DNA of 64,000 nucleotides from Phoronis australis. Lineage: Eukaryota; Animalia; Phoronida. Positions 52,100-63,679 of this stretch are shown here, piece after piece. The notes under the pieces were generated by a model. That model had not been told where the DNA came from and searched no databases. It was given only the letters and a program-made list of their open reading frames with translations. The DNA is taken from positions 421,609 to 485,608 of the forward strand of contig NMRA01000141.1 in the NCBI GenBank assembly GCA_002633005.1. The letters run 5' to 3'. Position 1 is the stretch's first letter. The number at the start of each line of letters is the position of its first letter. A program made the position numbers and the translations under genes.

Positions 52100-52710
52100 C
52101 GAACAAGAACTACCTTAGCTGTCTTGTCAAATGTTGTCAAAACTAAAGCAGCCAAGAGGGTGGTCGAATCAACGGAAATCGACTTCTGTCAGCGCATCCA
52201 TCCCTGCCATATATCCAGTTGTGTCAAAAACTAAAATGGCCTACAGGGGGTGCTCCAGTGGCCAAATCTGTCCAAAAATCGACTGGTGCCAGCGCATACC
52301 AGCCATCTATCTCTATGCCAAATGTCATTATGATTCGTTAAGCAGTTTCAAGATCATCAATGGACAAGCAATGATTTGAGCAGTCGAAAACTAAAAGGGG
52401 ATGCCACAGTTGTTAAATCCGTCCAAAAATTGACTAGAGCGGGTACATTCTCACCATATACCTCGGTATCGCATTTCATCATGATCCGTCGAGCAGTTTT
52501 TGAGATAACCTACGCACAAAGAATGTCTTGTTGATAACTAAAACGCCCAACAGGGGGTACCACAATAACCAAATCCACCCGAAAATTAACTGGTGCTGGC
52601 GCATCCCCGTCGATTACCTTTGTACCAAATTTCATCTTGATCCGCCAAGCCGTTCTTGAGATAATTGACGGACAAGAAACGATAACGAGAAAGAGACCAA
52701 AATGGAGGTG
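52100..52710 (+). repeat. Diverged ~150-bp tandem units resembling Helentron/HINE internal repeats
   Basis: Recurrent AAAACTAAAA...AGGGGG...AAATC.GTCCAAAAAT...CCAAATTTCAT...GATCCG...TTGAGATA; similar units at 60111-60380. Confidence 0.6.
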
Positions 52711-53494
52711 CAAGATTTTTACACAGGCAGTACTTATTCTAAGTTTAGAAAATTTGATTAAGACAGTGAAGAAGACGAACAGTACACAGTGTCTATTTTG
52801 TTACGTACAAGTTCATTAAGATTGACAGCAAATATAAAGGGCAAAACCAACCCTTAATTTGAACTAGGAAGGAGCAATGTATAATGCATACAGAAGTATG
52901 CAAGAGTCAGGGCACGGACTTCTGTGTACATCCTGAGGGGCGTACATGTGGCTAGGATGGAGGGAGATTCGTCTCATGCGGAACCCTCTCCTGCGGGGAG
53001 GAGGGGATAGGGAGAGGCGACCCAACAATTCGTGATGATCGGAACTAAACATTTTAGCATCAGAAACATTACAGATTCATTCAAGTAAGTCACTGCGGGC
53101 AAACGCATTTTAATTAATAATCCACTGGTGCCACCTGCCACCCCGAAGTGTTGTACCAGAGGGTTCCAGTTCAATCCCGTCCTGCAGCCATTCTATTACT
53201 GCTTATGAATTTCTGTAATTACTCCTAGTTTCGTCTCTTATAGTTTCTAAACGTATATTGAAACATTGGAACATTCTAGAAACCATGCATAGTTAGTTGT
53301 TGCAACAAAAGGGGAGTTACATATATCAAACTTGACGAATATTCGTGGCGTTGGCGCATTAAATTTTGGAATTAAATGCTGAATGGTAAGAAAATAAATA
53401 ATTGCAGGCGGTCTGGTACATGTTGTACCAGACGTGCGCAGGCCTCGCACTGATCACCTGGAAATATTTCTATGCTTTATTAATATATGGTTAA

Positions 53495-53612
53495 AACCGA
53501 GCTGAGGAGCTAGAAATCTGACTCAAGGGTTTAGCAGTGTGACCCAGTGGGACTCGAACCCACGACCTCGAGTAAAGAAAGCAGGCACCGATCAACCAGG
53601 CCACACTGCCTC
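53495..53612 (-). mobile_element. tRNA-derived SINE head (second copy 54456-54573 lies in the duplicated block)
   Basis: Minus strand GAGGCAGTGTGGCCTGGTTGATCGG (A-box-like) ... GGGTTCGAGTCCCAC (B-box), followed by CCCTTGAGTCAG; no proper cloverleaf. Confidence 0.7.
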
Positions 53613-56600
53613 CTCTATGCTGAATGACGTATATGAACAGTCATGTGTCTTAAAACGCTACGCAATATTGCCAAAAGTCAAACTTTACTAATTCTGCTAA
53701 AACTAATGACTGCCTAAAGGTATTTCAATAAACACAATATACATTCATTGACTGGCCTTGGTGCATTACAAGCTTCAAGGTGTAAGACATATCAAATTCA
53801 AATAGAAAAAAAATATTCTGAGTTTGTCTCACCCACTTGTTAATTGGACGAAGTACAGACTCTAGTTCCTATTTTTCGGTCATACTAATTGTCGTAGCTC
53901 GCTACATAAATATAGACAATCTAAATCCGTGGTCATGACCATTATAAGAATGCACTAAATATATAGACACTCTAAATCCATGGTGATGACCATCAATATA
54001 GAATAGCAGTAGATAGGTAGACNCAGAAACATTACAGATTCATTCAAGTAAGTCACTGCGGGCAAACGCATTTTAATTAATAATCCACTGGTGCCACCTG
54101 CCACCCCGAAGTGTTGTACCAGAGGGTTCCAGTTCAATCCCGTCCTGCAGCCATTCTATTACTGCTTATGAATTTCTGTAATTACTCCTAGTTTCGTCTC
54201 TTATAGTTTCTAAACGTATATTGAAACATTGGAACATTCTAGAAACCATGCATAGTTAGTTGTTGCAACAAAAGGGGAGTTACATATATCAAACTTGACG
54301 AATATTCGTGGCGTTGGCGCATTAAATTTTGGAATTAAATGCTGAATGGTAAGAAAATAAATAATTGCAGGCGGACTGGTACACGTTGTACCAGACGTGC
54401 GCAGGCCTCGCACTGATCACCTGGAAATATTTTTATGCTTTATTAATATATGGTTAAAACTGAGCTGAGGAGCTAGAAATCTGACTCAAGGGTTTAGCAG
54501 TGACCCAGTGGGACTCGAACCCACGACCTCGAGTAAAGAAAGCAGGCACCGATCAACCAGGCCAAACTGCCTCCTCTGCTGAATGACGTATATGAACAGT
54601 CATGTGTCGTAAGACGCTAGGCAATATTGCCAAAAGTCAAACTTTACTAATTCTGCTAAAACTAATGACTGCCTAAAGGTATTTCAATAAACACAATATA
54701 CATTCATTGACTGGCCTTGGTGCATTACAAGCTTCAAGGTGTAAGACATATCAAATTCAAATAGAAAAAAATATTCTATGAGTTTGTCTCATCCACTTGT
54801 TAATTGGACGAAGTACAGGCTCTAGTTCCTATTTTTTGGTCATACTAATTGTCGTAGCTCGCTACATAAATATAGACAATCTAAACTGTCATGACCATTA
54901 TAAGAATAGTGCACTAAATAAAATTATATAGACACTCTAAATCCATAGTCATGACCATAAATATAGAATAGCGTGCTACATACATAGACATTCTAAATCC
55001 ATGGCCATTACCATAATATAGAATAGCGCACTAACCCTGTATGTAAATCAAGACACTGTCGGGTATTTACGAGGGAAGTTTAGATTCCAAATTCATAAAA
55101 AATACAAAACATTCTTGTACAACACAGGCATTTGACCCAATCAACCAAAAATTTGAAAAAATATAGTAGGATTGCTGCAATCGAAAGGGTGGAATTTTGA
55201 AGAAAGTGAAGACTACTACTTGTGAATTACACAAAAGGACTATTTCCGATGGTTAGTTATAAAATAATGTTACTGTTTCCCCTAGTATCACAAGAATAGT
55301 ATCTCTTTTGACGATGGTTACTATGAGTTGTTTGTAAGGAATTCACACTTGTGGAAAACACTGCTGTCTAGGTTAGTATTTGTAATGATCCTGTACATGT
55401 CGGACAGAGATGAACCCCAACTCAAGAAACGTGGTAAGACCAGTTGTGTCACAACACATTCCAGGTCACGTGAGAATTGTGTACCTGGAATCAAGTTACC
55501 CATGACTTGAGTAATGGCATAGTATACATATTGCACTCTGTACACTAGCAACATGGGCTTGTTTTGTTGGCTTTGGGTATTTGAATTTTTTTCGGAGGGT
55601 ATTGAGGTCAGTGTTTAGCTGAATAAACCCACCTGACAACATTTACAGGACAAAATTACCACCCAATTTTAATGATATACTTTTTTCAAGAAGGACCTTC
55701 CAAAATTTAAATTTTGTTCAGAAGACAGCCACCCAAAAAATTTTATTTCAACTGCCGTTCTCGCCCTCCCATACAGACTTTGCTGGAACAGCCCTTACTT
55801 GGCCTGCATTTTCCGATAGCCTAAAGTTTGTAGTTCAAGTATTATTTCCTATCAGAACAAGAAATCGGTGATGAGATGGAAATATGGCAGTGCCTTTGGT
55901 TCAAACAAAATTGGTTAGTTTAACAAGCAGTTGTCTCAATCCTGGTTACATCAGCACATGTATGTTCTTTTTGTGTTCACGTAATTGCTCTATAAAAGTG
56001 TAGTTAGTGTTGAACTGTTGGTAGCATTAACTTAAATTTATTCTGGTGATTGCATGCTTTTCCGTTTGTGAATTAGGCCAGGAAGGTGTGTAATTATACC
56101 ATTGTCTCTGTACTTGAGAATATAGTAAGTACTGAAATCTCAAGTGTAATATCTTTGAAGAATGGCTGTATTCACTAATCTGCATTGGCAAGGTATATAT
56201 ATCCTGTAGACATCTGAAATAAGGCATAGTCTTGCTTTGATGTGATCTGGCGCTATTACACATCATTCTTCCAGCCACTTAATTTGTGCATTATGTATAA
56301 CAAACTGGTTGAGTATGCTGACCTTCAGCGTCACTATTCGTGAAGTTCAGCAAACGTAAACAATGTTGAGTTGCTTTAGTGTAATGCAAGGTTTTGCACT
56401 ATATATTAGTATATTGATGGAAGTTATCACTTATCCAGTGTTGAAATATGATTTGGAAAAATTATAATTATTTTTCTGTACTTACTCGAGTTGCAAGCTA
56501 TGCTTTATCAGTGACTGGCGACATCTTCAAGGTTTTGCAACGCCATTGACAGGTGTCGCTGTTTTCACCAAGACTGACACCCACCACTAGAGGTCACAGA

Positions 56601-57682
56601 AGCTTGTAGTCAGTAGCGTTTGACAAAAGGTAGCTTGCAAACCTTAGGTACGTCCATTGAACAATTAAACTTTCTGAATCCTATGCATTAGTAAGTTATC
56701 ATGAGTTAAATTAGGTTTTGGTGCTACTGTGTCGCAAGTGTTGTAATGTCTGTAGATTTTTAATTTTTTTAGCTCTACATACTCATGCATTTGTATATTT
56801 GGAGTGTGAGAATTGAAGTTGATGCTTGATATTTTCAATTCAAATGCTACTTTGTCTTTAACAAAAGATTTAATACTCTTTCTACCTTAAACTATGTGTT
56901 TTATGTTTATTGTACACTAGGCAAAATAATAGCTCCTTAATATACATGATTTTACTCATTCAATTATATGACAGGCCAAGTGGATGTATCTGAATGCTTC
57001 TGTTTTTCGGTACAGTTATTATCCAACAAAACTCACAAGTTGAATCCTACTAGACCAAGACTTTTTGTCCCTCTATGGCAAAGTCGTAGTTATCTGAAGG
57101 TTGTAGTCCATGAACTAGAACTTGCGTTTGTGTTTTACTGTTGTTAGAAGGTTAAAATTTACCTCATGCTGGGGCTTTAAATAAAGTTTTGATGCCATAT
57201 AATTGGTATTTATTCATTAGATAACTAGCTGGAACTGGCTAACATACACTTTATAGGTGTTAGAAAACCGTATGGGAAATCTTCATTAAAAACAGTTGAA
57301 GGAAATAAATTAAACTTCATATCAAACTAAGAACTCAACCAGTCCGTGTGACAAATATGTTGAATTCACTGTCAAAACTTGCCCATTCATCTGGCTCCGT
57401 ATTGTCTATAAAGAACATTGTGAACATGTAAGATGTATTAAACTCGCACACATTGTCAAATCTAACCAGACCAGTAACCAGACCAAGAGATTTTACTTAC
57501 TGAAGGTCCGAGTGCATGGACTAAACTAGCACAACTTTACAGCTGCCCATTGTCCGACTGAGATGAAGATCTGACTAATGCTGTGAACTCTTGCGAATTT
57601 CATTGAACACCTACTAATGTATTAATCCCATTGAATGGAACAAAACTATTTTTTAAAAAATCTATGACCTCTCGTCTTGGTC

Positions 57683-57828
57683 TTACATCTCCAGTATTTT
57701 CTTCACATCAATGTTATCACGCACAAATTGATCAAGTATGAGGTTGGCCTCTCTATCCGACAGTCCACGTAGACTGGAACTGCACTTGTCTTTCAGTGTC
57801 TTCTTGAGATCTCTTAGTTCTTGTTTAG
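57683..57828 (-). CDS. Terminal exon of the unidentified minus-strand gene
   Basis: ttttcag|(T)KQELRDLKK...DVKKILEM TAA. Confidence 0.8.
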
Positions 57829-60800
57829 CTGAAAAATGTGCACAAGTCAATAGTACGCAAATTCCAAGTGTTGTATATTTTGAATCGCCATCCTTAAACT
57901 TGGGTTAAATGAAGGGTTCGCCATGAAGCAGCTATGTTGTAGACAATTGTGCACAAACACCGGATAGAGTAATTGTTGGTGGTCGGCACGTTCAATCGAT
58001 TTTTAATATCCATTAACACCTAGATGTTAAGTACACCTGAAAATAATTTTGATCAAACTTCAACACGTGCATTTCAAGCTGTACTCTTGTTCTGTCCAGC
58101 AAACAAACTTTTAGACAACTTCACTGGCAATGTACCCCAGTCCATTGCATTGAGAGACGTCAGATGCATTTGCTACCATGAAAAAGTTCAGAATAGCCTT
58201 TAAATTAAAATCCAGTCACTGATGTGGCGATCGAGTATAAGCAAGAGCTTTCTATTCAAGTAGGCCAATTTTCTTTTGGTATTTAACTGAAATAAAACTA
58301 AAGAAATGAGAAAATAAAGGAGGGCTTGTGATAACTTTTTAATGTTGTATTCAATCAACTGAAAACTATTTTATTTACACAACGAATGCATGTGTGTATT
58401 AGCCTGCATTGAAACGACAAGTCATACAACACCTAGCCTCGGGCAATTTTGTTCGTGATGGATTTACACATGATAATTACACAGAGATTAACGTAACCTA
58501 CATTTCAGATTTTGCTCTCGTGAACATCAATGGTTCTGTGACACCATAAACTAGAATCAACTTCCTTACAGATAGGAAGAGGTTCCTGGGCTTGAAAAGG
58601 CTGGCTGGCAGTTGATTATTATTGGAGACCTTGGCACAGAAAATGACCCGCCGTGATGAGTTCGCCTGGTGGGACTATTCTTGGGCAACAACAAAGTGGC
58701 CGGGCTAACCCCTAATATAAGAAAGGAACGTCGTCGAGACGCGAGTTTTAAATTGTAAGTGGTCCAATGGGGAGCAAGAGGAAGTAGAGCAGCTCAATGA
58801 GATCTCATGGCTAAGATGTGTATTGCTGCAACTTGTATGTTGTATCTACTGATAAAGCTGTCTTACTTAGTTCAACTGATTCTTTCACTTCCAGAACTTC
58901 AGACTTTTTCTTCACACACAGCTTGCTCATTTCTGAAAATAAGTACTAACTGGCATGCAAAACTGACAAAGTAAGTACCCATGCAGAACTGACAAAGTTA
59001 GTACTCATGCAGAACCGACAAAATAACTTGACAAGAGCAACGCGGAGCGTTGAAATGCGCCCACAATTGCACCGCATACGGTATCCTTCTAGGGTTGTTT
59101 ATTGGTACCATAAAGTGGCCAGTAGAGGGCATACTTTGCAAAATGGAAAGGCATGGTCATTGTCTCCTCAGTAGGCTAGGGGCAAAATGTGAGTAATCTT
59201 CATAATACAAGCACATCCTATACACCAGTTGCTTAAAGCACCACAGAAACATAGAATTAAAAACAAATTTACCAACATACGAGATTAGCACAGCATTAGA
59301 ATGCCAGAAACAAATTTCTACTTGGAACTTTTCCTTCANNNNNNNNNNNNNNNNNNNNNNNNNNNNNNNNNNNNNNNNNNNNNNNNNNNNNNNNNNNNNN
59401 NNNNNNNNNNNNNNNNNNNNNNNNNNNNNNNNNNNNNNNNNNNNNNNNNNNNNNNNNNNNNNNNNNNNNNNNNNNNNNNNNNNNNNNNNNNNNNNNNNNN
59501 NNNNNNNNNNNNNNNNNNNNNNNNNNNNNNNNNNNNNNNNNNNNNNNNNNNNNNNNNNNNNNNNNNNNNNNNNNNNNNNNNNNNNNNNNNNNNNNNNNNN
59601 NNNNNNNNNNNNNNNNNNNNNNNNNNNNNNNNNNNNNNNNNNNNNNNNNNNNNNNNNNNNNNNNNNNNNNNNNNNNNNNNNNNNNNNNNNNNNNNNNNNN
59701 NNNNNNNNNNNNNNNNNNNNNNNNNNNNNNNNNNNNNNNNNNNNNNNNNNNNNNNNNNNNNNNNNNNNNNNNNNNNNNNNNNNNNNNNNNNNNNNNNNNN
59801 NNNNNNNNNNNNNNNNNNNNNNNNNNNNNNNNNNNNNNNNNNNNNNNNNNNNNNNNNNNNNNNNNNNNNNNNNNNNNNNNNNNNNNNNNNNNNNNNNNNN
59901 NNNNNNNNNNNNNNNNNNNNNNNNNNNNNNNNNNNNNNNNNNNNNNNNNNNNNNNNNNNNNNNNNNNNNNNNNNNNNNNNNNNNNNNNNNNNNNNNNNNN
60001 NNNNNNNNNNNNNNNNNNNNNNNNNNNNNNNNNNNNNNNNNNNNNNNNNNNNNNNNNNNNNNNNNNNNNNNNNNNNNNNNNNNNNNNNNNNNNNNNNNNN
60101 NNNNNNNNNNTAAAAATGGCCACTAGGTGGCGCAAACTATGTCGAATCCATCCGAAAACGGCAGGATAGCGTCATCTCACTACTAGGTGCCTACATACCA
60201 AATTTCATGAAAATCCGTTCAGGACTTTTGAAGATACAAAGGTAAGCGTAAAAAACTAAAATTGCCACTAGGGGGCACACCGGTAGTCGGATCCGTCCGA
60301 AAGTTCGCACATGCCGTCCCATTCATGAATGGAACATATGTGCCAAATTTCATGAACGTATGTCAAAGGGTTTTGGAGATAGAGCAGCGGACGCCGGACG
60401 GACGCCGCCCGGACGGACGGACGGACGGACAGAGATGACGGCATAATGCGTCCACATATAAATATGTGGGCGCATAATAAGAAATAATACCGTTACGGTA
60501 AGTAACTAACCATGCAGAACTGGCAAAGTAACCAATATAGCACTGACAAAATTACCATGCACTTGTCAATTTTTCGAACTTACATTATTGCTGTTTGAAT
60601 TACCGTTACTGTTAGCCCTCCATACACACTATTTTAGCACAAGCTAATTCCCTTCTGTGTGACTAGTGTGCAAAATTGTAGAATATCCATATCGCAAAAA
60701 TTGCCAGGACTTTACTAACCAGCACGTTGCATTAATGTCACTGATTTGAATAGGCTGTACCCGCTCATGTGTGGCCAATTATTAAATATGCACAGCATTA

Positions 60801-63679
60801 TATGAAGACCTCCCTTTTGGTTTCAATCAGACAACAACAGCTATCACAGCTCAATTTTAGACTTACCAAAATCAGTTATCAAGCCAATGCTTCTGTGAAT
60901 GCATTGCTCATGCAGTTTTTGCTCTAGTCCACATGAAAGAACCTTATACGGTAAGATTTTCAAATGAACAGGCTTTTTGATGGTAGTTGCTCCTGTACTA
61001 ATCTATTAACGAAGTACAATATGTGCCGTGAAACAGATCGAGTTCATAACTAATTTGCCCATTTATCAGCCTCTGCAGTGAGTGCACCCACCTATCAGCC
61101 TATAGCAGTGCTCGCAAACCCCGCATACATCCACCTCTGCAGTGAGTACACCCATCTATCAGCCTATGGCAGTGCATGTCCTCAAACCCTGCATACATCA
61201 GCCTCTGCTATGACTACACTCAGCTGTTGAAGCACTATTTTTATTTCGGAGTGCGTAGGGTTGTGTAATGTTACATGTGTAACTTGGCTCATGTTTCTTT
61301 ACTAATTAAGCTACGTTCAGCTAAAGCTGCTCTGGCCTTGTTGACATGAATTGCTATACTACATGCGCGCACCCAGCCTTCAATATGGGGGGGCTCGAAT
61401 TCCTGACATTGTGGACCTTTTGGTAACGAAAAATTGGGCGGACTAAAAAAAACAGGGGCACCACTGTGAATTGCACATTTGTGCTTGTTTTGTAGACTTC
61501 TATCTATAATTTTCTCGGACTTCCCGTTTCTCAGAGGACCTTTTTGCCCACTTCGCCAAATGGGGTGCTCATTCGAGCCCCCAAGCCCCCCCCTGGGTGC
61601 ATGCATGTACTAACGATTAAAACGCTAACGATGTTTTTCATGTTCACTTTTGTTAGTATCTATATGCACTGTGTACGTGTTACTGTCACGGTGTACCGTA
61701 TCTTTATTGTATTGTAATGTGAACGTATTTCTCGAGACTTATTATTCCATTATATTTGTTTCAGAGAAACCGGCCTTGTCGGATTGACAGTGCAACTTAG
61801 CTTGTGAATAAACGTATCATATCCGACTACCCCGTGTGTTCCAAGCCCATGGCTCATACACATCTATCATCCTAGTGGCAGTGTCCTCAAACCCTGCATA
61901 CAGCAGCCTCTGTTAATTGTGACTACATCCATCTTTAACCAGCCTATGGCAGTGTCCTCCAAACCCCGTACACATCAGCCTCTGCCGATGACTCATCTTA
62001 CCCACCATGTGACGCCTCAACCAGTTTTCTCGTTTCCACATCTCTCTCCTCACTTGGCAACTTGTACAACATGTGGAACTGAGCCTGAAGTTCCGTTACA
62101 TCACTGAAAACAATTATCAACTGCAGAACTTTGGTTGTTATTAAAACTCTTAAGGAATCGTTTGCAATTACCATCATCTCATAAATTAACATAATGTACA
62201 CCATTGACATAATAATGGTGATGCAAAAAGACAAAATTCATTGCTGTATTGACTCATTTACTTAGCATCTAAACATACATCTGAAAATTTAGCTCTAGGG
62301 ACATTGCGTGAAATTATAGGCTCCTTTGATTTACGGTATGGCTTTCAATAATTGAGAATTCAATGTTAATTTTACTTTTGGCATGTATAATAAAGTGGAA
62401 CTTGCAAGCTTATTCCTTCTCTGTGATTGCTTGGTCACATCTAGTAGAGTGCATGAAGCACTTATAAGTATTAGACTGATGTCTTCATTCTGTGTTGACA
62501 GCTGAGTTTTTAGTATTTTGTTTATTCACCAAAGGCATAAAATTGTTAGTTTAAGCCTGTTATATTTCACAGTTTGCAATTAAATTGTACCTTTAGTCAA
62601 ATTTCAAGATTAACTCACAAAAATAAGCAGCGTTTTGGTTACCAATAAAGCTTTGAACTCTCATCTATTCAGTCAGTGGCAATATAGAATGCACACACAA
62701 AATTTTCTAAGTTCAAAATTCTCACCCAGCGAGATTTTCACTCAGTGAGAATTTCAGTAAAACAAATTCTCACAAATCTGCATAGCATTCCCACTCAGAG
62801 AAGCAGTAAGACAAATTCCTACTGAGTGGAAATGCTATGCAAATTAGTTTGATTCTCACTGAATTCTAACTGGAATATCACTGTATTCTCACTAAAGTGA
62901 GATTTTTCTCTCGCTAATCTGAATGCCATCTTAATTAGTTAGATTCTCACTGGAATCCAGTGAGATTCTCACTAGCTTTCGGGATGGGAATTTAGTCCTT
63001 AAATGAGTTTTTTCATAGGGTTGTGATGTGGTGTTTGAGAATAACACTGCATGATGCAGGCTATGTGAGCCCCCAAGGTAAGTCATTACTGTAAAGGTCA
63101 CCTATTTACAGAATTTTTTTGTTTTCACATTTGCAAGTTGTCAACGAATACAGTTGCACTTTGTTTAGCGTAGATGGTGTTCAAATAACAATTTTGTCGT
63201 TTAATTCCTGCTATGCACTAGCATAGAGGAGCATGCAAATGCATCTTTAAAGCTAAAAACATATAACCTAGGTAGTAGAAGAATTAGGACAATCTGTGTT
63301 TGCACAAAGTCCACAAAGGCACTGAAAATTTAGGGAACCGTCCCTATTGACCCTGTTTCATGCAACTGGCCTCTGTCTGAACTCCTCGAAATTCGACCCT
63401 CATGGATGTTTCAGACTGTTGCATGGCTGCATACCAACAGATATGCCTCTAGAAGCACAGTGCATGAGTCCAGTCCCAAGCCCAACACACCGGCTTCCTG
63501 CGTATATGATCAAGCACAGTATTCCCTCAGTCTAGATCACTTACACACTTGCCATCAGTGCCTCAAGCTTCTTAGACGCCTCATCAAACTTGCCTTTCGC
63601 AGCCAACAACTGCTGCAGTAACGGCTTGATTTCATCAAGGAGCTGACACTCTGGCTGTACACTATTGGGTTTTTTCTTC
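57683..63679 (-). CDS. 3' part of an unidentified multi-exon protein gene (helical/coiled-coil rich); 5' exons lie beyond the window
   Basis: Five GT-AG exons can be joined in frame: KKKPNSVQPECQLLDEIKPLLQQLLAAKGKFDEASKKLEALMASV-DVTELQAQFHMLYKLPSEERDVETRKLVEASHG-(GT)GATTIKKPVHLKILPYKVLSCGLEQKLHEQCIHRSIGLITDF-EMSKLCVKKKSEVLEVKESVEL-TKQELRDLKKTLKDKCSSSLRGLSDREANLILDQFVRDNIDVKKILEM*. Confidence 0.8.
58867..58932 (-). CDS. Internal exon of the unidentified minus-strand gene
   Basis: ttttcag|(E)MSKLCVKKKSEVLEVKESVEL-A|gtaaga; phase 1-1. Confidence 0.75.
59030..60480 (+). mobile_element. Helentron/HINE (DINE-1-like) element spanning the assembly gap
   Basis: 5' ACAAGAG-CAACGC-GGA-GCGTTG hairpin, then subTIR ATGCGCCCACA. 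Internal ~140-bp units and (GGAC)n. 3' stem-loop ATGCGTCCACATAT-AA-ATATGTGGGCGCAT contains the inverted subTIR. Confidence 0.8.
59339..60110. other. Assembly gap (772 N)
   Basis: Run of N. Confidence 1.
60867..60992 (-). CDS. Internal exon of the unidentified minus-strand gene (acceptor at 60992 or 60997)
   Basis: ATTIKKPVHLKILPYKVLSCGLEQKLHEQCIHRSIGLITDF-G|gtaagt. Confidence 0.75.
61225..61860 (+). mobile_element. Solo LTR
   Basis: CAGC|TGTTGAAG ... AATAAA (61807) ... CTCATACA|CATC: TG..CA termini and a near-perfect 4-bp TSD. Removing it restores a minisatellite unit. Confidence 0.7.
61362..61607. mobile_element. MITE nested in the solo LTR, 5-bp TSD (TACTA)
   Basis: TACTA|CATGCGCGCACCCAG ... 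CTGGGTGCATGCATG|TACTA. Confidence 0.8.
62002..62103 (-). CDS. Internal exon of the unidentified minus-strand gene (donor at 62002 or 62006)
   Basis: ttttcag|(V)DVTELQAQFHMLYKLPSEERDVETRKLVEASHG|gtaaga or gtgggt. Confidence 0.75.
62715..62990. repeat. Cluster of ATTCTCACT/AGTGAGA motifs in both orientations (MITE-like)
   Basis: About ten copies of the motif between CCCAGCGAG (~62725) and TTTCGGGATGGG (~62988). Confidence 0.5.
63545..63679 (-). CDS. Internal exon of the unidentified minus-strand gene (acceptor at 63679 or 63654)
   Basis: PECQLLDEIKPLLQQLLAAKGKFDEASKKLEALMAS-GT|gtaagt; phase matches the next exon. Confidence 0.75.

Larger units (their letters stand above)
51911..55794. mobile_element. 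PIF/Harbinger-type non-autonomous element (TTA TSD) with nested insertions
   Basis: TTA|GGGCTGTTCCAGCAA..TGTATGGGAGGG ... CCCTCCCATACAG..TTGCTGGAACAGCCC|TTA. Confidence 0.8.
61060..61995 (+). repeat. ~65-70-bp minisatellite interrupted by a solo LTR
   Basis: ATCAGCCTCTGC..TGA.TACACCCATCTATCAGCCTATGGCAGTGTCCTCAAACCCTGCATAC units on both sides of 61225-61860. Confidence 0.8.

Noticed and set aside
53540-53612. tRNA gene
   Set aside because: A and B boxes are present but there is no convincing acceptor or anticodon stem, and a SINE-like body follows.
53061-54960. Near-identical ~960-bp tandem duplication with duplicated short ORFs
   Set aside because: The copies are joined by a single N (54023) and differ by scattered SNPs and indels, typical of uncollapsed haplotypes; the ORFs have no recognisable features.
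59296-60135. Long ORFs of X residues
   Set aside because: Artefacts of the N gap.
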